The notes beneath the pieces are model-generated. The model had not been told where the DNA came from, made no database searches, and saw only the letters and a program-made list of their open reading frames with translations. The position numbers and the translations under genes are program-made. Positions 35,981-49,079 of a DNA stretch of 64,000 nucleotides are shown one piece after another (the first letter of the stretch is position 1; every line of letters starts with the position of its first letter). Origin of the DNA: Octopus sinensis (Eukaryota); assembly GCF_006345805.1 (NCBI RefSeq), contig NC_043004.1, positions 92,814,001 to 92,878,000 of the forward strand, given 5' to 3'.

Positions 35981-36638
35981 CTACACAAATTCAATTGCCA
36001 TGATTTTATCTTGCTACTGGGCATATTTTATTACAACGACGGTAACACTTTGATTGGAAAGACAATTAACAAGTGTTAACACCAGAAATGTAGGTCCAAA
36101 GATTCAGCCTTGAATGATGCGACAATGTCAATAATGATGCGACAATGTCAATAATGATTATCACTAAAATCCACATTTTTATTACTGAAATTTATAAATT
36201 TATTGTCTATAGGTTTAATATGATAATAAACCTAGCACTGCTAATACGTCAACAATTTTTTAACCAAACCAGCAACTGAGAATTTATCTTTAAGGCAAAT
36301 CAGTGTATTAAGTTTAACAAAGCTTTTAATAATAGTGTTATAAATACAAAATCACCATAGGTGGTGAGAGAAATTTTGTCAGTTGTTTATTAAAATGAAA
36401 CAAAGACTAAAACCCCAGAGATTTCTTTTTCTTTCTGTATGTAGTGAAGGTGGAATTGATGTTTTGAGGCAGTAACAGATCAGGGCTAAAGTATTTTTTG
36501 GCCATGAAGGAGAAGATTAGTTTTTGGGAAGCAGGTTTGGTAATGTCAATATGTGTGTGAAATAGATGAAGAAATAATGAAAGAGAAGAAGAGAAAGAAA
36601 GAAAGAAAGAAAGAAAATATATAAGTATGACTAATTAC

Positions 36639-36698
36639 CCCTGACAGTTGATTCATGCACCTCAATTTAAACTCGTTTCTTTCTTTCTCTAAAAGTTT
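36639..36698 (-). CDS. DUF389-family paralog 2 (-), exon N (KLLEKERNEFKLRCMNQLSG)
   Basis: ttgcag|AAA, GGG|gtaatt, 60 nt, phase 0-0. Confidence 0.8.
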
Positions 36699-37935
36699 CT
36701 GCAAATAGAGAAAAACAGGTCTGAACACAAACAGAAATTGCTGACAAGACAAGTATTTCTGGCTAAGCAGTCTGTAAGCAATCTGTCAATAAAATGTAAA
36801 CGATATTGTTATAGTTATATAGTAAACGATTGGTGTTTTGGAAAGGAGTAGTAATTACTTATATAGTAGATTCCATCAACAGTCCCATTTGGTGACTATA
36901 GATAGGAGAATGGTTTTATAAGAGCCAGCAAGGTTTAGTTTGGACAGAAAAGGGGTCCAAAAGGGTTGAGATGTTATGCATAGAAGTAATGCCCAAAATG
37001 GCTCAGCTATTAACTAAAGTTCTGAAAAAAAAGGAAAAGAATGAGGAAAGGTGTGTGTGTGTGTGTGTGTGTGTGCATGCATACATTGTGTGTGTGTGTG
37101 TGTAAAAAGGTATAGCTTGATATATTATTGAAATTAAAGGAAACATCCTTATACATTATGTACTGGGGTTGATATGATCAGCTAACCCCCTTAAATGAGC
37201 TGCCCTTACATAGCCACTGTATAATGACTAAAACTTGTAAAAAGTAAAAAAATAAATAGAAAACCTGAGCCATTTTTCGGCAGTATGGCTAAAACAGAAC
37301 ATAATTATTCCATGGAATTAATGCAGCAAATCAACTGAAAGCCAATGCAAATAAATTTTATTTTTCAAAAATTATTCAACTGCAAGGATTTTAAATTTGT
37401 AGGATTAACAACTTTGCAATTATGCAAAAATAAATCTATAAATTTGTCTTTAGTTTAAAAATATGGTTAATTTTGGAAGTCAAGTCTGGTACTCTTGCAT
37501 ATAACACACATGGTAAAATATAACTCCATAACATAAAACAATATACTGAGATAAACGCATGATGTAACTATGCATATACATGGTATAACCATATATAAGC
37601 AACATGATATAGCTGTATACATACATAACATAATATAGCCATATGTAAACACAACATGGAATATAATATGCTATAACACAAACACAATATAGGGGTATGT
37701 ATATTTTTTACTTGTTTCATTCAGTGGACTGTGGCCCAGCTGGGGCATTGCCTTGAAGTGTTTTAGTAGAACTTTTCTTTAAACTCTAGTACCCATTCTA
37801 TTGCTCTCTTTTGCCAAACTGCTAAGTTACAGAGGTGTAAGCAAACCAGCACCAGTGGTCAAGCAACAGATAAAGGAGATGATGGTGACAAACACAGACA
37901 CAAAGGCATAGACACAGATATATATATACGTGTGT

Positions 37936-37990
<55 letters not shown>

Positions 37991-38453
37991 TGTGTGAATG
38001 TGTGTGTGCATGTATGTGTGTAGTTCAAATGTACAGAAAACAAAAGACAAAGACAGGTGAGAGAACAACAAGCAGGTGTATTAATTTGTGTCTCAAGAAG
38101 AATGGAAAAGTGTTTGGCTTTTCAAGTCTATGCTCTTCAACAGAAAAGGATAAAAGGAAAAAAGTAGAGAGAGAAAGACAGAGGAAAAAATGTCATGATT
38201 AATGCTTTCATATCTGGCTTCCACAGTTTCTGTCTACTTAATTCTCTCACAAGACATTAAGTTGACCTGGCACTATATTAGAAGACACTTCCCCAAGGTT
38301 CCATGCCATGGGACTGAACCTGAAACCGGGTGGTTGCAAAGCAAGTTTCTTAACCACACAGCCACGCCTGCACCTATATAAGCAATGTAACATTAAAAAA
38401 TAGTCAGTACAAATTGGAATATGACAGAACTATATACGTGCAGTACTGCTCAC

Positions 38454-38498
38454 CTGACATTCAGGGCCCTTCACAGTCTTGTAGGTATCCCTGGCCAC
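38454..38498 (-). CDS. DUF389-family paralog 2 (-), exon M (VARDTYKTVKGPECQ)
   Basis: ttacag|GTG, CAG|gtgagc, 45 nt, phase 0-0; 21 nt shorter than the paralog 1 exon. Confidence 0.88.
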
Positions 38499-38566
38499 CT
38501 GTAATAGAGAAAAAGACACTTGTTTATTAACAAAGAAACAAAACTTATTCTGATCCCTGAAACAGT

Positions 38567-38567
<1 letters not shown>

Positions 38568-38611
<44 letters not shown>

Positions 38612-38644
38612 CACCACCACCAACACCAACACCACCAACACCAA

Positions 38645-38690
<46 letters not shown>
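38568..38690. repeat. compound (ACT)n/(ACC)n trinucleotide microsatellite
   Basis: Directly visible; source of the poly-Thr ORF. Confidence 0.95.
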
Positions 38691-38691
<1 letters not shown>

Positions 38692-39142
38692 TGTTGTGCT
38701 GTTGCTTTGATGAAATCTATCTTGTTGACTCAGGAAGGTGGTTGACAATAGGAACAACATCCAGGTAGAGACTTGGAGACAGCTTGTTTATACAAATGCA
38801 GTCAGTGAAAAACTCAACATGTAGCATGCCAGTAGGTTTCAGGGGTCACTTGGGGAGAATGGGCACCATTTTTGGAGCCTCCCCCGTCGTGGCTTAACAG
38901 AGCAATGACTCAAATAACTAACGTGGGGCCTGGCCTACTGGCTCAACTGACTAGTATTTGATCTTAAGTCCATTTCAGGATCATCACCATGAAACGATGA
39001 TGGAAATGGAACATGTACATAGAATGTGTTTCCCAACCCATCTAGTCAAATTGTAGCTCTAAGAACTGACTTGAACTGTGATAACATGTTGAACTCATGG
39101 CACCATGGAATGTGGATGCAAAATACCTTTAAAGGTTAAATT

Positions 39143-39638
39143 ATAAACAACTTATAAATAAGGGCAAACGAAAAAATTTCTAATGCCAAATATGCCATTG
39201 ATAAAATTTTTTTCGAAAAATTTTATCCTACATTAGATATAGATTTAATAGTGTTCACTTCCGGACTCTCCCACTCTGTGAGTGCCTCAGTTCAAATCGC
39301 ATTTGTCTTGAATGGGCTGGAGTATTTCTATTTTGGATTTATTTGGGGTACTTAGTTGTGCTCATGACTTAGTGTTTGCTTCTTCCATGGATATGAGTAA
39401 GTATCTCATTTACTTCTTTGCCACATGTATCACTGATGAAGGGAAGATTCTTTTTGAACTAACCCTGAAATTGGTCCGATATGGTAATAATGGAATTTTT
39501 TAGAGATTTCTGTCGACCTTTTTTCAAGTAGCGTGCGTACTGGGAAAAAAATTATATGGTAAATGGACAATATGTCCAATTTTCGGCATATTTGGCATTA
39601 GAAATTTTTTCGTTTACCCTTATTTATAAATTGTTTAT
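39143..39638. mobile_element. 496-bp element bounded by 54-bp inverted repeats
   Basis: 39143-39196 ATAAACAACTTATAAATAAGGGCAAACG...AATATGCC is the reverse complement of 39585-39638 with 2 mismatches. Confidence 0.8.
39428..39481 (+). ncRNA. minimal type I hammerhead ribozyme motif with intact core
   Basis: UAUCA CUGAUGA AGGG..CCCU GAAA UUG GUC CGAUA: core 39433-39439, stem II 39440-43/39463-66, GAAA 39467-70, GUC 39474-76. Confidence 0.65.
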
Positions 39639-40069
39639 ATATATATATATATATATACATGGTGGCTGCCCCCTCATTATCGAGTATGGTCATTGCACAA
39701 AACTTAATCAATGTTGTTATCGTGCAATACCACCAGTAATTTAAAAGAAAGTGCTTGATCTGTGCACATTGAATATTCTTCTCTCCTACATTCACCACCC
39801 ATATTTTGCTCCTTTCCTTTCTCTATCCCCCTGAATCATGGTGTTTGAGTAGGGTGGGAAATTGCACTCTGGCAAATTATATCTACCCTTACCTACCCTT
39901 CCTGATTTCTCTGTCACCAGGTTCTTTTGGATATGCTAACTTGAGGATACACTGTGGCTTTTCATCATCTTTCCCTCAAACACCAACCTCTACCAACCCA
40001 CATACAAAGTGCAGTTAATATTGCATCTCTTTCAACTCAATCTATCATACTATCCTTATTATTTTTAAT

Positions 40070-40140
<71 letters not shown>
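40070..40140. repeat. (CT)n microsatellite
   Basis: Directly visible. Confidence 0.95.
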
Positions 40141-40679
40141 AATCCATTCATGCTACTTTTCTCTTTCCCTCCCATTACCTCCTTCCCAACATTGTTTGCT
40201 AATCTTTCCCCTACAGCTTTCTCTTAACTGATCTCATGCATCCCTGATATTGCTCTTCCTCTTCTCTTTTGTCTCTTCCATTTTTCTCCATTGACACTGT
40301 TCCCTCTGTGACTCTCTCTTCTACTTCCCATTGCAAAAATTCTGTTGCTTCTATCATATTTTTATTCTTTAATTTTCTGAGCTGAAAGGTGATACCACTA
40401 ATGCTGGTGTCAAGGAAAAAATGTACCCAATACACTCTGTAAAGTGGTTGGCATTTGTAAGGCCATCTAGTCATAGGAACCATGTCAAAACTGAGACACT
40501 TGAGCTATGTATGGTACACACATACATCATATATACAATTTATGCATGCAGACACACATGCACTTGCTCAGAAGTGTCCATGATGGCAGAAAGGAATCAA
40601 ATGCAGATGAGCATTAACTGGTGTTATCAAAATAGACAGCCAGTTAAATCCTCCAAATATTTAACTTTGTATATCTGTA

Positions 40680-40983
40680 CAAGCAGTATCGCCCGGCGTT
40701 GCTTGGGTTTATAAGGGAAATAACTATATAAGCATTTTTAGAGAGTTACTTCCCTTATATAAACCGAGCAAAAAATGCATTAAAATGTGGAAAAATGATG
40801 GTAAATTTTTTTTTAAATCATAGACTCATCGTAGACACGCGCTTGTACCCAGAAGAGCTCGATATGAATCACGACTATAAGATACCCACTTTTGGTTAAA
40901 CTGCACCGCAAAATGTGGGAGTAGTTAGGAATCTAAATCGGAGTAGACAAACACACACACAACTTCAGTTTTATATATAAAGA
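40680..40983 (-). mobile_element. non-autonomous Helitron-like element
   Basis: Reverse strand 5' TCTTTATATATAAAAC; 3' CCCAAGCAACGCCGGGCGATACTGCTTG; body similar to 20268-20648. Confidence 0.78.
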
Positions 40984-41069
40984 TTTATTTATATAAATAC
41001 ATTCTCCCCCACCACACACACATCAGTGATTTTTTTCGAAAGAGATGACCAGATATAAAAAGAACTCAC

Positions 41070-41135
41070 TTTAATATCATGCCCCCAAAATTCTGCTGTT
41101 TTATCTGTTGAAGCCAGTGGCACAAATTCTTTCAT
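41070..41135 (-). CDS. DUF389-family paralog 2 (-), exon L (MKEFVPLASTDKTAEFWGHDIK)
   Basis: ttgaag|ATG, AAA|gtgagt, 66 nt, phase 0-0. Confidence 0.9.
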
Positions 41136-41737
41136 CTTCAAAGAATAGAAAAAAGAATTGAATAAATACACACAAAAAAAAATTGGGAAGCGTTAATTCT
41201 TTGAACCAACAACCACACTTTAGCAGGGATAATTTTCCCTAACTATACTCCCGGAAGAAGTAAAAGCAGGTGCCACATGGTTTTGTGTTTATGGCTCTCT
41301 CACTGGTTGTACTATTGTTATTTTTAGGCATATACAAAAAAATAAATAAATAACCATGTGGTTATCACTTTTGAATCTTCCAGGGAAACTACTAAAGTGT
41401 ACTCACAGACTCAAAAACACTCCCCACCAAAAGAAAGAAAAACCATTAGTGGAGGAGAACCAGCAGATGATTTACTTCTTTTGTAGAGAATATCTGAGGA
41501 TTGTGTCTTTTCTTGATATGAAACTTAAAGAAAAGTTATAGAAGGTAAGTTAACAACTCTATTAAGATAAATATCTAATATGAGTTTTAAATTATATGTT
41601 TACTCTGTTCATAAAACTACTTGTAAACATAATATAAATGAATTATATATATATATATTATTTCAAATTGGTAGAAGTTACAAAGTGACTCAAGGGCAAA
41701 GAGTGTGGTACAGGGTACTTATCAAACTGTTGCAAGA

Positions 41738-41778
<41 letters not shown>

Positions 41779-42129
41779 GTGAAACCTCAGTCAACTTGAT
41801 CTTCCAACTAAATTTGGCTCTACTGTCTGTGTAGAGCCATAGCATCAGCAAATGTGCTTTAAAATAATAAATGCATAGCAAAAATATGTTCCAGATATTA
41901 GTGATTATAACAGTAGTGATAAATTCATTCAAATTCAAAACATATAAATTGAGACTAACTGCAATAAACAGAAAAAACAAATAGAGATGAAAAAAAACAC
42001 ACACTCACTCACACACACATGCACAATCACACACATTAACAAAACACATAATCAAAGCCAAAAGATAAAAAACAGATAACATAGAGAGAATAAGAATGTG
42101 AAACCAAATGAATGTATCAGATCATTTAC

Positions 42130-42300
42130 CTTCAACATGACAACACCAACTAGGAATATGCAGACGATGTTAAGTAGAGTGAGCAGGAGACTTATTGTTC
42201 CCATGATTCCCATTTCTTTGGCCATGTCACAGCTGTACATTGGTGTATAAGCATTGTCTTGAAATGGCAAGCACCCTAAAGGGTGGGCATTAATTGAAAC
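42130..42300 (-). CDS. DUF389-family paralog 2 (-), exon K (VSINAHPLGCLPFQDNAYTPMYSC...LTLLNIVCIFLVGVVMLK, last TM helix)
   Basis: ttttgaag|GTT, AAG|gtaaat, 171 nt, phase 0-0. Confidence 0.88.
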
Positions 42301-42544
42301 CTTCAAAATACAAACAAGTAGAAAAAAACTGGATTAAAAGAAAAACATGTCTCCAGTGTTCATGATTGTTTGTTTTTGATTTGTTTGGCATATCAGTCCT
42401 TCTTCTCACTTTATACGCATCACTTGTGGGTGTTGACTTCAACTCAAGAGTACATATGTCTTTCATGGAGTTTTTGTGGCTATGTTCTTGGACTAGCTGC
42501 ATGGTTTGCCAGCCCATGTACTGGATGTTTTTATGAGACATCAC

Positions 42545-42950
42545 TCAGGAGTGGCTGTGTGGTAAGTAGCTTGCTTACCAACCACATGGTTCCGGGTTCA
42601 GTCCCACAGCGTGGCACCTTGGGCAAGTGTCTTCTACTATAGCCTCGGGCCGACCAAAGCCTTGTAACTGGATTTGGTAGACGGAAACTGAAAGAAACCT
42701 GTCGTATATAAATATATATGTATATATGCGTGCGTGTATGTTTGTGTATCTGTGTTTGTCCCCACCAACATTGCTTGACAACCGATGGTGGTATGTTTGC
42801 GTCCCCGTCACTTAGCGGTTCGGCAAAAGAGACCGATAGAATAAGTACTGGGCTTACAAAGAATAAGTCCTGGGGTCGAGCTGCTCGATTAAAGGCGGTG
42901 CTCCAGCATGGCCACAGTCAAATGACTGAAACAAGTAAAAGAGTAAAGAG
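42545..42950 (+). mobile_element. tRNA-derived SINE (family A), full length
   Basis: CAGGAGTGGCTGTGTGGTAAG head to GACTGAAACAAGTAAAAGAG tail. Confidence 0.88.
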
Positions 42951-43408
42951 TATGTGGATGGGCCATTGGCTCAGAACGTGCTCATCTGTCCTTTGACCAC
43001 CATGATCATGGACAATTATGATAAAGAGGCATCTCAACTGTGATCATCTCGTCTTTTATTCATTCATAATATATCTAGAGTCGCATTATCAAATGTATCA
43101 TTTGTTATTGATTAGCTCCTGGTCAACTTGGTTTCTACAGATCTATAATCAAAAGAGTTCTGTAGAGTTGTTCTCTAAATGGCTCCTCCTAGTTTTTATA
43201 AAACAGTATGATGTGATTCTAGGAGGATTTTGATACTTTTTCTAGCAGCTCTAAAGATTACATTGAGGTTCCTTCAACAAATTGTACATTTAATGCTAGA
43301 AATCCAGCCAGAAAATTTAATAACAATTGCTTCTGATAGGGCTCTATGGAAGAGGTATCTGAAAATGCTATCCCCATGACTCTTCCAGGAAGAGTGGGTG
43401 GAAAAGAT

Positions 43409-43409
<1 letters not shown>

Positions 43410-43461
<52 letters not shown>

Positions 43462-43481
43462 TATATATGTCTATATATATA

Positions 43482-43525
<44 letters not shown>

Positions 43526-43537
43526 TATATATATGTC

Positions 43538-43568
<31 letters not shown>

Positions 43569-43651
43569 TGAGGTATACTAGCCATCTCAATATGGCTAGT
43601 ATACCTCACATTGTCGTGCAGTTACTGTTTACATCTCGTTCAGAGATTTAT

Positions 43652-43690
<39 letters not shown>
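43410..43690. repeat. long (TA)n microsatellite containing a perfect 23-bp hairpin (43563-43614)
   Basis: Directly visible. Confidence 0.9.
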
Positions 43691-43694
<4 letters not shown>

Positions 43695-44591
43695 AAGTGA
43701 AGTTGTAAGGTGCCGCACGAGTAGAATTATATATGAAAGAAGGGTTTGAAAATGCAGTTTTAAAGGATGTTTATTTACTTGACCGGTTTCACTTTTTTAG
43801 GAAAAAATTGTCAAAAGTAACATGTAAAAGCTTTGTTGTAATAGGTACTGGTTGTCACAAAATATTACAATACATATATACATTCTTTGATAATAATAAG
43901 AACATGTTTAAAACAGTTTACAAGGAAAAGTTCATTAAAATATTGGGCACAAGAAGTGCAATACTTATATACATTCTTTGATAATAATAACATGTTAAAA
44001 ACAGTTTTCAGAAAAAACTTTTTTGAGAAATTAACAAGTTCATAAAACCTATTAGGATTTCATTAAAAATCATGTTTGTTTGGCAGAAAATACACAGAAA
44101 ATTATAAGTTCAAAAAGGTCATATTTTGGTAGTATATATATACACAGAAAGAGGTATATCTAGTTTACAAAGAATTTAGAATCAACTGACCTGTTTCACA
44201 ATTTTACTGTAAAAGATTATTTTCTACTTTCAAGGGACAGTTTAGGAGGTGTGTTTGGGTGGGGGGAAGGAAGGGCAATGTGGAATTGAAAAGAAGTTTT
44301 TACTTCCCTTTCACGGTTCAGTGGATATGGGGATGGTCTTTAGAGGTCAGAATGGTGTGAGTGTGTGCATCTCTGTGTGTGAGGAAAGACAGGCAGATAG
44401 ATTGAGATAAACATATAAACAGAGACAGACAGACACAGAGAGAGGGAGAGACACACAGACAGAGATGAAGTGAGAGAGAGAAAGCGGAAGAGAGAGAGAG
44501 GACAAGCTTATGTTTTTATCTTTTAGTTAGGCTGGGAGACATCATGTGATGCGTAGGTAACTAGAGAAAGTCAAGAAGACAAAGTACTTAC

Positions 44592-44666
44592 AGCAGTGGT
44601 ATTGTCATGTGGAGTTGTTTTTGGTGGACTGATGACTGAAAGTAAAGCAAATGACCACAGCATTCC
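44592..44666 (-). CDS. DUF389-family paralog 2 (-), exon J (GMLWSFALLSVISPPKTTPHDNTTA)
   Basis: ctcttcag|GGA, GCT|gtaagt, 75 nt, phase 0-0. Confidence 0.9.
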
Positions 44667-45144
44667 CTGAAGAGAGATTTGGAAAAGTGTACAGATTTAG
44701 GGGGTTGTTATATTTCAGCAAACTTAGAACAGCAACACAACAACAATCAGATGAAATGTCTTGATCTGCTAAAAATAACAGACAAATCTCCCATGAAACA
44801 TTCTATGTTCTTTAAAAAAAAAAGGTAAGATACATTAGATAATATAACTCAAGATAGACTATGTGTAAAAAATAAAACAGCAGAATGGTTATTGTTGGAA
44901 TACCTTTGATTAAAGATTTGCTGAAGAATCAGAACTGATCTGAGATTAAACAACAACAGATTGACCACTTGGTATAGACCTTCAAGTGGTGTTTGGGTGA
45001 TATTAGAAATGGTAAAAGAGGATAAAATCTTCAGAACCTCAACTGCTAAGATATGTGATTATGTGATTGTTTAATTGCTAAAAGATTTCTTTTAAACCAC
45101 CTTGTCTGTCTGTCTGTCCGTCTGTCTGTATGTCTGTCGGTCTG

Positions 45145-45212
<68 letters not shown>

Positions 45213-45769
45213 AAGGTAACACAGCTGCATTAACAAAGGGATGTGGGTTCAAGTCCCATACAGATAAGAAAGCCTTTTTTTTTTCTGTAGAAGGCTTATA
45301 TGCCCCTTTATTAGACTATTTTCCTTAGTCATTGCACAATTATCACCATAAGCTTTAAGCTTATATAAAAATACCATTATCATTATTTACAGGATTGTAA
45401 ACTCAGCGTTGTATAAAAAAAAAACCATTCACACCGAAAGCATATATATACCTCGCAGTACTAGTTTAATTCATTCCATGACCAAGTCTTTTCATGATTT
45501 ACTCATTTTACAAATCAATTTTCTCCCATTGAAATTAATTAAAATATAATTAATTCCTCCCAGCCCCACAAAACCACCCAAAAATAATTTTTTATGAGTT
45601 TTAAAATAGAAAAGGTGCAGTTACAAGAAAAATGGCAATTATAAAAAACATAATAAAAGAGAATGCAAAAGAAATATGTAAACTGGTTTTATTGATTTTA
45701 TTACCTCAAAGATGGGACGATTTGTGTGTGAGGAATACGAAGTAGAGGGGAGAAGGAGGATTATTGCTT

Positions 45770-46620
45770 GGAAGGTGAATCTCCTTCCATTAAGACTTCA
45801 GGAAGAACAATTTCTGGTGTTTTCTCTCTCACTTCGCTTAATTTTGGCTTTTTGGACACACTTTCTTCACTTTTTCACACCTACACGTCGTTTCATTAGA
45901 AACATATAAAAAGAAGTCTGCTTTTTCCTGCCTTTCAAAATGTGACGAAAATGCACCAGAGCATTTAAATAAAGCAACTGCACAAATTGTAGATACTTTT
46001 TCAAGATGATATCTTACTACAAATTCAGAAACATACCGCCACTTTGCCAATACTGCCTTTATGTCACTTGTAGAGATAGCCTTCTCTGCTACATTGTCTT
46101 CCTCTGGGGAATCAAACTCTTCCACTACATCTGAATGCTGCTGCTCCTGATCTGCAAGAGTTCATCTGTCATCAGCTCATCGACAACATTGTTAATGTCC
46201 CCATCATCAACCTCAAGGCACATGGACTTGCCATGAGACACCATCTGCTCAATTACATGTGTCTCAGACTCAAAACTCTCAAAGTCTTTTTTGGATACCC
46301 AGTCAGGCCACAGTTTCCTCCATGCAGAGTTCAGCATTCTCTTTATTACACCCTGCCAGGCAATATCGATGATTTTCAGGCAGTTAACAATGTTGTAGTG
46401 CTCCTTCCAAAATTCATGAAGGATTGGATTTGTATTTTCAGTGACTTCAAAGTACTGACAAAACTGGTGTTTGGTGTACAATTCTTAAAATTAGAAATCC
46501 CCTGTTGGTCCATGGGTTGCAAGATAGGGATGGTGTTGCATGACAGGTAAAGAATTTTTATGAATTTAAGTTTGTCCAGGATATCATCTTCGAAGTTAGG
46601 AAGTTAAAATAAAACAAAAT
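45770..46620 (-). mobile_element. Tigger/pogo-like transposase relic
   Basis: LHEFWKEHYNIVNCLKIIDIAWQGVIKRMLNSAWRKLWPD, typical of TIGD/Tigger DDE C-termini; frameshifted; ends not located. Confidence 0.82.
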
Positions 46621-48525
46621 ATTCTAATATAAATCATGATATTGAATATACTACATGCATTTTAAATTATTTGGAAATATTTTCACATATTTGAACGTAT
46701 TTTGAAATACTGTAAGATATATTAAGTTCTAGCATGTCAGGAGAGCTATTTTAGTTGTTGCGTCATAGCAAAGTTGTGCTATGGCATTCTCCAGCCAATC
46801 AGGGTTGGGCACATATGAATGCTAGAGGTAGTCCTCAGCCCATGAAGTGAAAAACACGTTTTTAACCAGTTTGCGGACAGACGGCAGATGAGCCACATCT
46901 CTATTTCAACATGGAACAGCGTCTTTATTTTTCACACCAACTTCGTGCTGCTAGCTCTGAATTATACCAGCTATCAACTCTTCACATCATGAACAGCCTA
47001 TTTCCTTTATGCCAACTTAGCTCTGCAAAATTCTGGAGGACATCAGCCCACTACTCAGGTCATGTTATGAGCAGTATATTTTTGTATACGCTAGCTAAAC
47101 AATTACCTCATAAGGACTTCCAGCTGAATCCATATTTCAAATGTAAGTTATAAAGCTTTCTCTGACTTATAAACATACACAAGCTATGCTCATATGACTT
47201 GTCAGCTCTCACTATCCTTTAATGAATTTAATTATTTGTTTAAAAAATGCCTTCTGATATTCCATTACACATGCTTCTCAAAAGCTCATCTACTGAACTT
47301 TTCCACAAACACTTTCATACCATAGATTAGTGGCCAGACTCACTAAAAAGTTATTTAGGAATATTTTAGTATATTTTAGATTTTTATGAAATATTTGAGT
47401 ATACTTCAAATTACTAAAAGATTATTTAATATCATATCAAGTAAAATAAATTATTTTTACTCTATGTAAGTAGTAGCATGAAGCACAAATAGGAAATAAA
47501 GAAACTTAGGATCAGTTCAAATATGTTTGAGACATATTTCAACTTATAAAAGTTATTTCACTATAGTTTACCATGGAGAAAATATTCTTGCTTGAAGTAA
47601 AAAGGTCTAAGAACACCACTGTCAGTTTAAAGCACCCTCTGGACAAATACATGCATTTCTAGTTTGTAAGCTGTCTTTAACATCAAGTACCAAGAGAAGC
47701 AACTCTGAGCTGGTTGGAAAGCCTTAGCTTTATTTTTTAAAATCAGCAAATAATATTTACTTATTTGTGTGCATAAGACACCAGGCTGGGTCAAATATGT
47801 AAGTAGAAGCATGTAAGAATGCATCTCTCAGTCCAAAGGGTGCTTGAAGTTGACAATGGTCTTCTTACACCTTTTTACCTTAGCAAGACTTTTTTCTCCA
47901 CCTTAAACTGCAATGAAATAGCCTTTATTAGTTAAAATAGGCCTCAAACATATTTGAACTATATTTAATTATATTTTCAGTTATTATGAAACAGTTAATA
48001 TTTTCAGTTTTTATGAAATAATTTATTTTAAATGGTTATAAAATAGTAGCATATATTTTGAATAAGATTTTTCTTTTTTTGTGTATAATAATGATTTATT
48101 AAAATGAAAATATCTTAATTTTGTTAATTTGAAATTTTAACCTAAAAAAAAAGTAATGAGAATAATGAGCAGAATTGTGATGATAATGTGCTAATGGGTT
48201 ATAATATTGTAGACAATAAGTGGTTTCATTAACATGATTATTGCTACTGGTGATGTTGAAAAGATGATGAGAGTAAGGATGTTTATGACCCTGATGTTGT
48301 TCACAATAATGTCAAGGGATAAGGTAATTTTGATAATGATGATTATAATGACAGCAATAGTGCTGTTAGTTATGATGATAATCACACTGAAGGTAATTTA
48401 GTAGTTAATTGATTAGAAGAGCAGACATTTGAAGAATGGTAGGTGAAGGAAGAGAAGGTAAGTTATAATTGGCAGACTAGCAGACAGACAAAGAGAGAAG
48501 ACCAAAGAGGTTGAAGTCTACTCAC

Positions 48526-48670
48526 AGCATTGACAGCAGGTGGCAGTAGTGAGGCAGATATGGCAACTCCAACCAGTGGCCCAGAGTTACCACCCAGAAC
48601 AGACAGAGACACTCCAGCACCGGATGGGAGTGCTATTAAGATACCAAACAACAGACTACGACCCATACCT
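48526..48670 (-). CDS. DUF389-family paralog 2 (-), exon I (GMGRSLLFGILIALPSGAGVSLSVLGGNSGPLVGVAISASLLPPAVNA)
   Basis: ccag|AGG, GCT|gtgagt, 145 nt, phase 2-0; carries the GVAISASLLPP family signature. Confidence 0.93.
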
Positions 48671-49079
48671 CTGGTGGGAGGAGAGAAAGAAAGAAATAAA
48701 AAATAGCAAGTAAATGATAAACTGCTTCTTGGAAATTAACTGCTGGGCAGAGACTGTTATCCGCAGACCAAATGCTTACATCAGAGTGAGCTTCACTAAA
48801 AGTACCTGTGGGCCAGGTGGTAGCAAATAATATTAGACATAATAATCATACAACAGAAAAATCAGAATTAATTTTCATCAGGAAACGCAACAGGTGGGCC
48901 TTGTAAAAGCTGGAACCTTTTCCTGTGAAGAATGCTCTATTTAAATCTGATTAGTGATTAGTGACTTTTGAGCCAGAACTAGAGATGCAGAGACAGAAGA
49001 CGAGAAGCTAAAGAGTCCAACAGATGGTCTAGGTCATAAGTTTAGAGAAATTCTAGTTGATGTGCATGAAATTTGGACG

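Noticed and set aside
42130-42275. Alternative acceptor for exon K (ctttag|GG at 42275)
   Set aside because: It would need phase 1, but exon J ends in phase 0; the acceptor at 42300 keeps the frame.
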